A stretch of 64,000 nucleotides of DNA, from the NCBI GenBank assembly GCA_030141605.1, contig JAQGDQ010000160.1, forward strand, positions 186,001 through 250,000, given 5' to 3'. Made by a program: the position numbers and the translations under genes. This DNA comes from Tubiluchus corallicola. Taxonomy: Eukaryota; Animalia; Priapulida. The notes under the pieces were generated by a model that saw nothing but the letters and a program-made list of their open reading frames with translations, made no database searches and was not told the DNA's origin. The first letter of the stretch is position 1, and the number at the start of each line of letters is the position of its first letter. This document shows, piece by piece, positions 25,565-36,043 of this stretch.

Positions 25565-27889
25565 CATGCATCAATTATTCTGCACCAATTGGTCTACTTG
25601 GCGCAGTGGTCCAAACGGCTCCCAACAGTTACACCATTAAAAATTACTCTTTGCCTTCTGTGTGTTTCCAAATTACATCACCGTAGTCTAGTGTTGGTCT
25701 CATGAATGTTTTGTACTCTGTTTTTTCTTGTACATTTGTATATTGTTTACCTTTTTTATTCCTGTGAAATAAATAATTTAATCTAACACATAAAAGTATC
25801 CATCTACACCAAAAGTAAAACTGGGTCTTGGGCGCCGAGTAACCCACTAGCCCAAGTAGGACAATTGGCGTACATGGGCTACCCAAGTAGGACACTAGAG
25901 ACAGGTCACGAATTGAGTCGTTAAGCGAACTGGCGCACCGTCCGTCGTCCTTGTCTATGTAATAATAATAATTAAAAACGTCAATACACATTAAATAATT
26001 TATTATACATCTGATAAAATAAAAGAATTTTATTCTGATCTGGTGGAACGGACAATATTAAATTTGGCTTTGATATAAATATTGTTGAAGTGAAATAAAT
26101 CCACTTTTTTGTGTTGTGAAGCCTTAGTAGCATCTGTCTCATTTTTCAACTTGCAATTATTTCTGTAATAACTGTGTGCATAGTTTCTCCCTCTAAAGCT
26201 GTTGTGGAGATCGCTGGCATCTATTAGAATTAAATAGAACATTGTAGAATGTTCCATTAGAATAATCGTCTTACCTTGTAGAATGTTCTAGAAAGAAACT
26301 TCTGGAATGCTCCCTGCACACTTACACATTCTCTTGTATACTTGTATTTTCAGATACACTTAAACGTTTTCTAGATTTTCACCTTTACTGTAATCATTTC
26401 GCGTTCCTTCATACTTTTGTGTTGTAGAATTCTCGCTTAGTTTAATTTGTCGACGTGTTTTCTGGTTTTCTCTACGAGCCTTCCAAGAGAAACAAAACAC
26501 AACAAAAGCATTAGCTTAGTTTATTGTTATAATGATTTTAATAGAGCTAATAATACTGATGATACTAGTGTAAAAAATACGTTAATTTTTTAATTGTCAA
26601 GGACTATCCATCATCATTATAAAGATACTTTTTTCTTAAACAAATTAATTTTGTGTTTTATTATGTCATCATAATTCTCGATTCTCGTCAAAAATCGCCA
26701 TTGCCCTACTTGGGCTGCCCATGTACGACACTGCTTCTCCGCAAATTTAGCACATGCGTTTTACCGGAAGTGTCCTACTTCGGCTAATGGCTTACTCGAC
26801 GCCCTACACTGGGTTTTGTCACAATACGGTTAATCTTCGATTTCTTTACCTTCAACACTTCCCCAAGTTTTCAAGATTCTCCATAATGCTATTTTTAACA
26901 CAAAACTTGCTTTTTTGCTGGATTATTCTTGTGTTTACCTGTCTTGAGGGCATATGTCTTTCATTTCATGATTATTCTGCCACTAGTTATGCATACATGG
27001 TACAGCGATCACTACACAGCATAACAAAGTTTTGCAAATTGTAGATTCTTCCAACACTTTCTATAAATTTCTGTTGCTTCGACAAGTTCGTGAGGCTGCG
27101 GATTCATGTGTAGGGCGCCGAGTAAAACGCTAGCCGTAGTAGGACACTTCCAGTAAAACGCATGTGCTAAATTTGCGGAAAAGGAGTCTCGTACATGGGC
27201 AGCCCAGGACCAAGTAGGACAATGGCGATTGCTGTCGAGAATTGTGACATAATGAAACGTAAAACTAAATTTGTTTTAGAAAAAAGTAACTTTATAATAA
27301 TGATGGATACTCCTTGACAATTTACAATGTGTTTTTACAGTAATATCATCATTATTATTAGCTCCATTAATATCATGATAACATTCATCTAAGTATCTAA
27401 TGCTTTAAAGAGAGGCACTATGTAAGGCACGCAGCTTGCCAGCCCATTTACGTAGTAGAAAACAATTATTTGTCCAAGAGGTAGTGAAACGGATCACCTG
27501 TCTGTGAAGCGAGACAAAATAAAAATGATATACCTTATGCAAATGTTGGAATCACCTAAGAAGTGGACGTATTTCACTTCAAAAAGATCAATATCGAAGC
27601 CAAATTTAATATTGAAAATATACTAACTCAAAATAAGATTCTTTTATTTTACCAGATATATAATAAATTATTAAACTTTTTTGACGTTTTCAGTTATTAT
27701 TATTAAATGAACAAGGACAACGGGTGCTGCCAGTGTGGTTAATTTGTGACCTGTCTCTAGTGTCCTACTTTGGCAGCCTATGTACGACGTGTCATACTTG
27801 GTCTAGCCCATGTACGACGCATCCTACTTGGGCTAGCCCATGAACGCCACTTGTCCTTCTTTGGCTAGTGGCTTACTCGGCGCCCAACA

Positions 27890-28200
27890 CATGCATCAAT
27901 TATTCTGTTGTGGTACAAATGCTTCTTAATGTGCTTCTGTTCTTGATAAATTGTAAATGGTGCCCTCTTCTTGCCCTACTATTGTTCTTCAGTGTGAAAA
28001 ACTGTATTACACATCACCAATTGCTGCAGAACATCAATGCCTTTGTGATCTTGAATGATTCAATCATATACTGCCTAGTCCTTCTCATTGGTATAGTATG
28101 TAAGTGCAATATAGTATGCAATATTGCCCAATATGACAGTCCTTTTGTGTTCTCAATCATAGCTACAGCTCTTTTTTGAACGTCTTCCAGCAATCTTATG
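27890..28200 (-). mobile_element. CR1-clade LINE C-terminal fragment; continues on the other side of element C
   Basis: IRLLEDVQKRAVAMIENTKGLSY...RRTRQYMIESFKI...RGHHLQF...NRIIDA, then NPQPHEVVEA on the far side of C (~24750-24783 / ~27075-27108). Confidence 0.75.
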
Positions 28201-28214
28201 TATTTCAGATGATT

Positions 28215-28490
28215 AAGATTCGAGATGTATAAAATCCTGCATCAGAAGTATGACACTGCTGGTAGCCCCAAGGGGCATCTCAGGGCAGAGGCTGCTAGAA
28301 GTTCAACAAGAGGACATTATCTGAAGCTGTATAAGACTAAGAGCAAATAAATTTGTGCGTCTCTACAGCTTTTGGGATTGTTAATACCTGGAACTGTCTG
28401 ACAAATGAAGAGGTATCTGCACCTAGTATAAATGCATTCAAAAATAGGCTGGATAAGCACTTGGCTTCAACAGATCTGGTCTACAACTAT
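28215..28490 (+). mobile_element. CR1-clade LINE 3' fragment
   Basis: MYKILHQKYD...STRGHYLKLYK...IVNTWNCLTNEEVSAPSINAFKNRLDKH, the canonical CR1 ORF2 C-terminus. Confidence 0.85.
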
Positions 28491-28544
28491 ACGGCCTCAG
28501 CTGAATATTTGACGTCTGACTTATATGCTTCAAGATTTGGCTAG

Positions 28545-28732
28545 AAGTTTTTACTTTTGCGAAACAGCCTAAGGTATTCTAAGATAGTGGCACTCTTGCT
28601 TCCAAAATTCTTGCTGATCAGTTCAAGAAGAGAGTTTGCTTTTTTAACTTTGTTTGCAATGTTTGTTGCTGGTTATAGATCTTTTGTAATTAGAACCTCC
28701 AGATCCACTTCATCTAATGCTTCAATAAGATA
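28545..28732 (-). mobile_element. CR1-clade LINE fragment; part of it duplicated at ~29780-29852
   Basis: EVDLEVLITKDL*PATNIANKVKKANSLLELISKNF matches the CR1 EKDLGV.I..DL....H....VKKAN..LG.I.R.F motif. Confidence 0.75.
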
Positions 28733-29703
28733 CAGTCGGTGCTTATAAGATGCTTAATAGACTCAATCGGTTAATTGATTCAAGAATGTCTGGTACGGGT
28801 CGCTTCTATTCAAATGTACATAAAAACTATCGGTAATTGACTAAAGTAACTCCACATAACTGATTCAATATTTTTGCTTCACATGCTTCAATAAGACACT
28901 TTCGTGTGACTAATAAGCTTTTATGATTTTTATATCACCCTAGTTCGCTTTTGTTGTATAATATACATAAAAACAATCGTGTTAAGTACACTTTTATGTG
29001 TAAGCAGGAACGTTTGTCATACACTAATATACTAGCCTAATAGTTTGTTTTGACCCGCCTGTCCATTGCAATTAACCTCGTTACCCAAGAATTCTTGGAA
29101 GCTAAACATTTAATCACTTGCCTGGCGGTTTGCTTTAAAAGCTCTGGCTGTCTTTCCCAGAAAGTTTAATCAGTTTACCATCGCTGTTATGCCAGGTCTG
29201 CAGATACAGTACAGTCACAGTACAGTAAGTACGTCACGATAGCAAGCGGGAGCTTACAGACGAAGCCTCATGCGGGGAAATACGGTCACCACCAACAGTT
29301 CAAGTACATCTTTGTGTATCATACAAGAACAGTTAAACGTTTTTATCATTATGAGAACTTTCTGACCCAACTTGTCACAAAAAAATGAATCAGCCGACCT
29401 TGGACGTATTTCCATTATTTTTGCGAAGAAACAGACTTGCGTGATTTAGAAAAGTATACTTTTTAATTTATTGCTAAATCACTCATATAAATTAATATTT
29501 TAAAATGTTTTTTTCTATTTTTTAACTGCACAAAGGAATTTAGGCATTATTTCCTTTCGAAAATTCATTAAAAAACCTTTGCAGTGCATAGTTGATGACT
29601 CATACTTCTATACCAGTAATACTACACCCATCGGTTAATAGGTTCAATCAGATAATTGGGTCAAAACACTTCGTTCCCAAAGTGTATTAAGTGGCACCTA
29701 CTG
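28733..29703. mobile_element. Tc1/mariner (Tigger-like) non-autonomous element, 971 bp; family copy 2
   Basis: TA|CAGTCGGTGC ... GTGGCACCTACTG|TA. It is an inverted homolog of 15780-16745. The boundaries are confirmed by an empty-site duplicate at ~29780-29910. Confidence 0.9.
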
Positions 29704-30104
29704 TATATTAAATTGAGTTAAAAATATGCGCAGTTTTCTTATTGAAATTAACAAATATAGCCTTTGTTACTTTGTTTACAGTGTGTGTTGCTGGTTATAG
29801 ATCTTTGTAATTATAACTCCCAGATCCCTTTCCTCTAATGCTTCCATAAGATATATTAAACTGAGTCGAAAACATACAGTTTACTCATTGAAATTAACAA
29901 ATATAGCTTTCGCAAGCACCATATGGTATAGGCTATATTGTTGGACTGTGATATATTGTCATTATTAGGGGTTAAGCAAGTTCACTCATGAATAGAAACC
30001 CCATATTTACAAAGTAATCATCAGAGTCGTATCACAATTTTTGTGATCTTGTACGTAAACCTTTTCATTATTTTTTTTTAGGTTTTCTTCTCACTACAAT
30101 TACA

Positions 30105-33100
30105 ATGAATGCTGCTGATTTAAAGATGGGACTTTCAACGAAAGAAGCATTAACTAGACTGTGCACTGCAATCAGAAACGAAATTACTCACTACGAAGAA
30201 ATCGAGCGAAAAAAGAGCTTTCTGGAAAAATGGCCAAAGACAATATTTAGCACAAAAAATGTCTACTCATCTGTACAATGGAGTATGATTTTGGTGCTGA
30301 TTATTGAAATCATCATCTTAGTTGGAAGTCTTTGTGTGCCTAATGAACTCAATAAGGCATTACGTGTAGACGTTATAGTTCAGATTAGTGTAATATTTAT
30401 AATGTTGGTATTGAATTGCTGGATGGTCAGTTGGGATTTGCAGATTACTTATCATGAAATGGCTAACCGGGCACGTAATTTGGTGGGTAATATAGAACGT
30501 CAAATTGAGATGTGTAAATGGGACACAAATTGTTACCCTGATTTATGTAATCCACAGTCACCGTGTATTACACTTCAGTGGACTTACAGAGACGATAATT
30601 TAGTCAGCTTGCCACAAAACTTACTTGTGCAAGGGGACATTATTGCTATGAGACCAGGTCATGTTGCTCCTGCTCTGTGTTCTTCCCTAGATGAAAGTGA
30701 AGCTGTGAAGTTGCAAGCAGGGCAACAATATTTACCTACAATGGAAGGCCAAGAAGAAATTTTTAGTGGTCCTCAGCAAAGAACAGCTTTAGGGATTAGG
30801 AAATTTGTTATATTAGAATGTCCATACATCAGTAGTTTGCGGATTTGTTTGAGTCGATCATTGGCCAGGCCAAGCAGTAGTCTCAATAAGGAAAGGCATG
30901 TGATTTCTGTAAAACATATTATGAATTTTCTACTGCCTTTAATTACTGTACTAATGCTTACTGCCAATGTTCTTAGATACTCGTTTCAGCCGCAGTATGT
31001 AGGAAGTTGGGTAGAAATGTTTATGTTACTTCAGGTGAATGCACTCATTCCTTTATTACCACTCGTGTTTCCGGTGCTGTGGATTCTTCTAATTGATTAT
31101 GGTGTAGCACTGGTAATAGCGGCATTCGAGAACCCTGTTGCAATTAATAGTCGATCATATGAATCTATTGCAGAAGAAACAGAACTAATGCCTGCAGGGC
31201 TCATTACATGGCAACAGGTTTTGCCAATATTTTTGGATGTGCTGCGAGGAAACTCAGCGTGTACTTTTCCATGCACAGCCAGTTTACTTCACGCATTGGG
31301 AAGTGTCACAGCTTTTTGCTGCGTTGATAAAAAGGGAGTACTTTCTTGGCCAAACCCAACAGCTGAGAAGGTCTTTTTTCTTACTGATGATAAACCTGAA
31401 GAGACTTCTATGTCTCAAGATTCTGGATCTGTATTAGAGTCCAAGGAAAACCTTCGCAACATGCGCGGTGATGAAGTTGTTGAACATTCAGACAAACTCG
31501 GTCCACTTAAATTTCGTCCAAAGGAGGATGCTTACTTGTACCCAAAAACAACAACACAAGTTTTGGATTTATCTAATGACAATCATACTCCTTTCAGCAT
31601 ACAGTTTGATGATCCCAAATGGACAAAGCATCTTAATTCGCTCAAGCCACTAGGTTTAAATGTGTTGCTGAATACTTGTAATTTAGATACAGTTGACTTT
31701 TACACAGATTTTACTGATCATGTTTTTCGAGCTTCACTAAATGACAAAGATGCAGTTGCAGTGGTAAATCGAAGATGTTTATGTGAAATGCCCCATCAGA
31801 TTGGTTTTTCAGGTCCAGCAGTCGACATTTTTGATTTAGAGCAGCAGTTGGCTATTTACAAAAATCTTGCTTCACCAGAAAATCGGGAAAAATTTCTGCA
31901 TAAAGTTCAATCTTTCATTAAATTTAAAACACCATTGCCAAATCTGTTTTCTGTTATTGTCCGTGAACAAAACTCTGGAATGAAACAACTGCTAACTCAA
32001 GGCACTGCTGACCTAGTTCTAGATTGCTGTACTGATTTTTGGAATGGCCACGATCTGGTTCCCTTAATGCCACCTGAGAGGAAAAAGGTTCTTGATTTTT
32101 ATCATCGTAGTAGCCTCACGGCATACTGTAGTGCATTTGCATATAGACCTCTGGCTCAGTCACTATCAAAAGAAAGCAAAAATGTGATTATTGAATTACC
32201 GGCTGATTGCCCAGATCTCTTTGATCCAATTCGAAGCCCATCTCCAGCTCGTTCATGGGATGTAGAAAGTCTTGATAGCAGATTTAAAATTCGTTCACGA
32301 TACTTTAGTGATGATTCATTAATGTCTCAGGACACCAGTGGTTTACTGAATGATTCTGCTAGTATTTTTCAAGCACAGTGCAATCAGGTTTTTATTGGAC
32401 TTGTTACAATGCAGTATCAGGCTCGACCTGATATAGTTCAACTGATAGAAAATTTAGAGACAGCATGCATTCGATTTGTTCACTTTTCTGAAGAGAACGA
32501 ACTCCGAAGTCGCGTCTTTTCTGAGAAAATGGGCCTGGAAGCTGGTTGGAATTGTCATATATCTTTACTCAGTGATGATGGAAATCTTCAATCAGCTAAA
32601 CCCCCAAAGTCTACAGGCGGAAGAACAAAAATGCCTATAGGTAGACCAGAAATTTTGGGACTAACTCGCAGTAAAGAACATAAAGGTCGTTGGAACAGTG
32701 CTCCTAACATTGCAAGCATGCCTAATACTGGACAAGTAAAATTTGATGAGTGTAAAAATGGCTTATATAGTGGTGGTTATGGTGATTCTCCCGAGCTGGG
32801 TCAGTGTGACGAATATGAAACAGTATCATTGAGTGACATTCATGCAGACAGTACATATAGTGAGGAACAGATTCGTCTAACTGGTATTGAATTATCAGCT
32901 TCTCGCATGACATCCAGCACCGACCAAAGCATTCCTGGTGGATTTGATATGGCAAATAGAGCAAAACTGCCCAAAGGAATAGAAAAAATTCGCCCGCATA
33001 TAGAGAATGTCGATAATGTACCTTTGCTGGTACCCCTTTACACAGATGCAATACCAGCGACAACTATAGAGATGTTTCGCATTATGCAGGAGTATGGTGA

Positions 33101-34178
33101 AGTTGTGTGTTGCTTAGGCAGCTCTTTAAATATTTACAATGTTGGTGCTTTCATGCAAGCAGATATTAGTATTTCTGTTATGCCTCTCTATCCTCAAATC
33201 TGTATGAAAGAGGCAGTATTCGAGGAAACCTGTGACAATAATGGCTTGCCGGGTCCAATGGAAATCAGTAGGAAGCTGAACTCATTGCCTTGTTCACTCA
33301 CATTTAAGAAGAATGATCCAACAAAAATAATCCAACTTATAATGCAGGCAAGAAGTGCAACTAGTAACATACGTAACTGTTGTCATTTTCTTTTGTCTTG
33401 CGAGCTCAGTGTGACATTCATACAGTTTTTTGCCACAGTTTGCCTTTTACCACCAGTCATTAACGGATCTCAAGTATTATGGCTTACCTGTGTCGTCATT
33501 CCATTGCTGAGCATATCACTTTTACCTCGGCCAGTTGATGCTGGCATTATGAAAAAAGCCACAGGAAAAAACTGTGGCTTGATAAAATGGAAAGTGGTTT
33601 TCACATTTCTGCTCTTATATATGTCTAAGTTTTTTCCTTCTCTAATTGTTTGCTTACTCTGTTTTGGTTTCACGCTTAACCACTTTTGCGTAAGGATTAC
33701 TGGTTTTGCAGAACTTTGTGACCCCCTGCATGGTGACACAAGTTTTGGGAAGTCAGGAGAATGGAATGGCTGGGGCAGTGGTCATGCTGCAGCTCTTTGC
33801 ATTGCCCAGAATGTTGTCTCATTTTTGTTAACTTTGTATTTTGCGTTGATTTCCTTAGGTTATATATGCAGGTATGAGCAGCTGTGGAAGCAGCCGCCAA
33901 CTGTGAATAAAGTGTGGTGTTTTGCAATGCCAGCTATTGTTGTACTTCAGTTGCTTTACTTTATGTTAGATATGTTTATCCATACATCCGCAGCCACTGT
34001 TAGTTTTATGTTGAGCGATATACCTCTCACTACGTGGTGTCTAGGACTACTTTGGCCAATACTACTAATCAGTATTAATGAACTAGTCAAGCGAAGAGAG
34101 ATTAAGTTAGAAGTAAGATATCAAAAGCGAGAAAGATTGAACTTTGGCACAAAGCTGGGTATGAATTCACCATTTTAA
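30105..34178 (+). CDS. TMEM94: Transmembrane protein 94 (KIAA0195; P-type ATPase-like ER membrane protein), 1357 aa, uninterrupted CDS
   Basis: A single 4074-nt ORF with SLPQNLLVQGDIIAMRPG, CCVDKKGVLSWP (degenerate DKTG region), CIRFVHFSEENELRSRVFSEKMGLEAGWNCHISL, NRAKLPKGIEKIRPHIENVDNVPLLVPL and the C-terminal FGTKLGMNSPF characteristic of TMEM94. There is a splice acceptor 23 nt upstream of the ATG and AATAAA at 34661. Confidence 0.95.
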   Translation: MNAADLKMGLSTKEALTRLCTAIRNEITHYEEIERKKSFLEKWPKTIFSTKNVYSSVQWSMILVLIIEIIILVGSLCVPNELNKALRVDVIVQISVIFIMLVLNCWMVSWDLQITYHEMANRARNLVGNIERQIEMCKWDTNCYPDLCNPQSPCITLQWTYRDDNLVSLPQNLLVQGDIIAMRPGHVAPALCSSLDESEAVKLQAGQQYLPTMEGQEEIFSGPQQRTALGIRKFVILECPYISSLRICLSRSLARPSSSLNKERHVISVKHIMNFLLPLITVLMLTANVLRYSFQPQYVGSWVEMFMLLQVNALIPLLPLVFPVLWILLIDYGVALVIAAFENPVAINSRSYESIAEETELMPAGLITWQQVLPIFLDVLRGNSACTFPCTASLLHALGSVTAFCCVDKKGVLSWPNPTAEKVFFLTDDKPEETSMSQDSGSVLESKENLRNMRGDEVVEHSDKLGPLKFRPKEDAYLYPKTTTQVLDLSNDNHTPFSIQFDDPKWTKHLNSLKPLGLNVLLNTCNLDTVDFYTDFTDHVFRASLNDKDAVAVVNRRCLCEMPHQIGFSGPAVDIFDLEQQLAIYKNLASPENREKFLHKVQSFIKFKTPLPNLFSVIVREQNSGMKQLLTQGTADLVLDCCTDFWNGHDLVPLMPPERKKVLDFYHRSSLTAYCSAFAYRPLAQSLSKESKNVIIELPADCPDLFDPIRSPSPARSWDVESLDSRFKIRSRYFSDDSLMSQDTSGLLNDSASIFQAQCNQVFIGLVTMQYQARPDIVQLIENLETACIRFVHFSEENELRSRVFSEKMGLEAGWNCHISLLSDDGNLQSAKPPKSTGGRTKMPIGRPEILGLTRSKEHKGRWNSAPNIASMPNTGQVKFDECKNGLYSGGYGDSPELGQCDEYETVSLSDIHADSTYSEEQIRLTGIELSASRMTSSTDQSIPGGFDMANRAKLPKGIEKIRPHIENVDNVPLLVPLYTDAIPATTIEMFRIMQEYGEVVCCLGSSLNIYNVGAFMQADISISVMPLYPQICMKEAVFEETCDNNGLPGPMEISRKLNSLPCSLTFKKNDPTKIIQLIMQARSATSNIRNCCHFLLSCELSVTFIQFFATVCLLPPVINGSQVLWLTCVVIPLLSISLLPRPVDAGIMKKATGKNCGLIKWKVVFTFLLLYMSKFFPSLIVCLLCFGFTLNHFCVRITGFAELCDPLHGDTSFGKSGEWNGWGSGHAAALCIAQNVVSFLLTLYFALISLGYICRYEQLWKQPPTVNKVWCFAMPAIVVLQLLYFMLDMFIHTSAATVSFMLSDIPLTTWCLGLLWPILLISINELVKRREIKLEVRYQKRERLNFGTKLGMNSPF

Positions 34179-35394
34179 TTTCATTTATATTTCGAAAATT
34201 TCGATGATTTAGGTTGTAAACACAACTAAATTATAAATTCCTAAATTTGGTAAATTTTTGCTAAATACCTGTCTTACTGTCTGTCAGTATTGTCTTACTG
34301 TTTATATAAATGATCAATTTATTATGAAATATATATATATTTCAGGGGTTCTGAGGTTCATATATATGTTTCATAGGTTTCTGAAATTGTCACATTGAAT
34401 TTTTTGCTAAATTTTACATGACTGAGGAAAGATACATCTACTTTTGCGTTTGTTTTAATATTAATTAATTTGTGCATATGTTAATGCATTTGCTTATTAG
34501 TTAATTCACCGGCCTATAGTGGCTGCTGTTACTGGTCATTTAGGAGACTAAGGAGTAAACTTACTATTTATTCTTTGTTATTGACATTTTGTTGTTGATA
34601 AATTACATTTTTATTGTCACAATTAATTTTTTGTGTCACAATGGGTAACAATCATGTTTTAATAAAATTAATGTTGTCATGACTTCTGTTTGTTATATTG
34701 CTCGAGGAGAATAAATCAAATGAAAAGGTATGGTTCATCTACCTCATAAATTTCTAAATTATTCAATTTGATGTAACCACTAAGCAAATGCTGTGCAAAA
34801 ATTATAAGCTTTATATTAGGCACTATTGTTAAAATTTATTAATGATGCTAAATTTAATTTTTAATGAAATTTATTTGCATAATTTCAGTATTGTATAATT
34901 ATATATTATGTGTAATTATCAAGCAAAATTGATAGTGCACTTATATGTTGCAATTTCACAAAGTTATTGCAGTGTTTGGATAATTATCATTAAGTTGCAG
35001 TTATCAATATCATAAAGTACGTTTCGATAGTTATCATTTTAATGCTGCCTTTTCTATTCGTATGTATGGACTTTCATGTCTCATCTGTCAATGGTGATTG
35101 CAAAATAGAATACAACAAAATAATATAATTTATAGTTATAATTTATCATTTCATAATATTTTAAATGAAAATAACAACACAATTTTTACTGAGACGTTAA
35201 GGAAAATATTATTGTGTAAAAAGGAAATTCCGTTTAGGGCATTTTAGGAATGTCAAATTGTTGACCATTAGGAAACAAAATTAGCTACAGGGTGTAACGT
35301 AATCATTGAGTTATGGCTAAGAGTGGTTACAAAAATAATCGTAATAGTACAATAATTTATTGTACTAAAGCATTACTAAACCAGCTGGTAATCT

Positions 35395-35840
35395 GTCACG
35401 TGACTCATGTCCTTGGTATTTTGGGATGTGGAGGCTTCGCACAGCCTGCAGTATCGATTCGATTTTAACACAAAACTTCTATTCTAAATATTGGCGTCAT
35501 TATGACGATTCATAATAATTGATGGTGCAATACTTTGACGCAATAAATTGTTCTGTGTTGTTACTTACTCTTTGCACCCTAAGCAAAAAAGTTTGTTACC
35601 TTTTTTTATAAGATTGATTTTTGGTATTATTAATTGAACCCAAAACTAACAAAATAAGTAAAAGACTTGCAAAAGACGAATATACGTCAGTCAACGAACT
35701 GAAACTCCATTATAATATGCTTTGATACCTTACATCTCTTTGTATAGCATTAACAAAAAAAGCTTTGATAGTAACGTCATAATGGAGTGGACGAAATCTG
35801 CCTACAAACACTAAGCACTGGACAGTCAAAACGGAAGTGG
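35395..35840 (+). promoter_or_regulatory. Putative TRAP1 promoter motifs
   Basis: Perfect palindrome GTCACGTGAC at 35395-35404 (USF/TFE-type E-box) and CGGAAGTG (ETS-type) at 35832-35839, upstream of the inferred ATG. Confidence 0.4.
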
Positions 35841-36043
35841 TGCTGACGAGCCACTGGCATAGCAGTGCCTGATTTTTTGCTGGTACTCATTGACAGCATT
35901 TTGGCCGAGCCAGCAAAATTAAATTTTTGTTGGGTAGCTGACTGTCTTTTTTTCAGAAATAGTGCAAGTCCTAGAAAGAGTCGAGGTCGTGGAAACATTT
36001 TGCCGGTGCGTGAAATTCCTTGAACAAAAAATCAAGGACTGAA

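Larger units (their letters stand above)
23259..27907. repeat. Near-perfect tandem duplication, 2325-bp period (23259-25582 / 25584-27907)
   Basis: Three ORFs recur at a +2325 offset (23319/25644, 23705/26030, 24429/26754), two identical and one differing at one residue. About nine substitutions and no indels were seen by eye. Confidence 0.97.

Noticed and set aside
23319-27044. Duplicated ORFs of 115, 75 and 96 aa
   Set aside because: They cross TE and LINE junctions and recur only because of the 2325-bp duplication; there is no coherent protein.
22380-27889. Recurring palindromic CCCAAGTAGGAC/GTCCTACTTGGG motifs resembling a CRISPR or REP array
   Set aside because: Spacing is irregular, both orientations occur, there are no unique spacers or cas genes, and the context is eukaryotic. 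They are subterminal repeats of the TIR elements.
30773-33927. Short antisense and alternative-frame ORFs inside TMEM94
   Set aside because: These are expected shadows of a long coding sequence and show no recognisable motifs.
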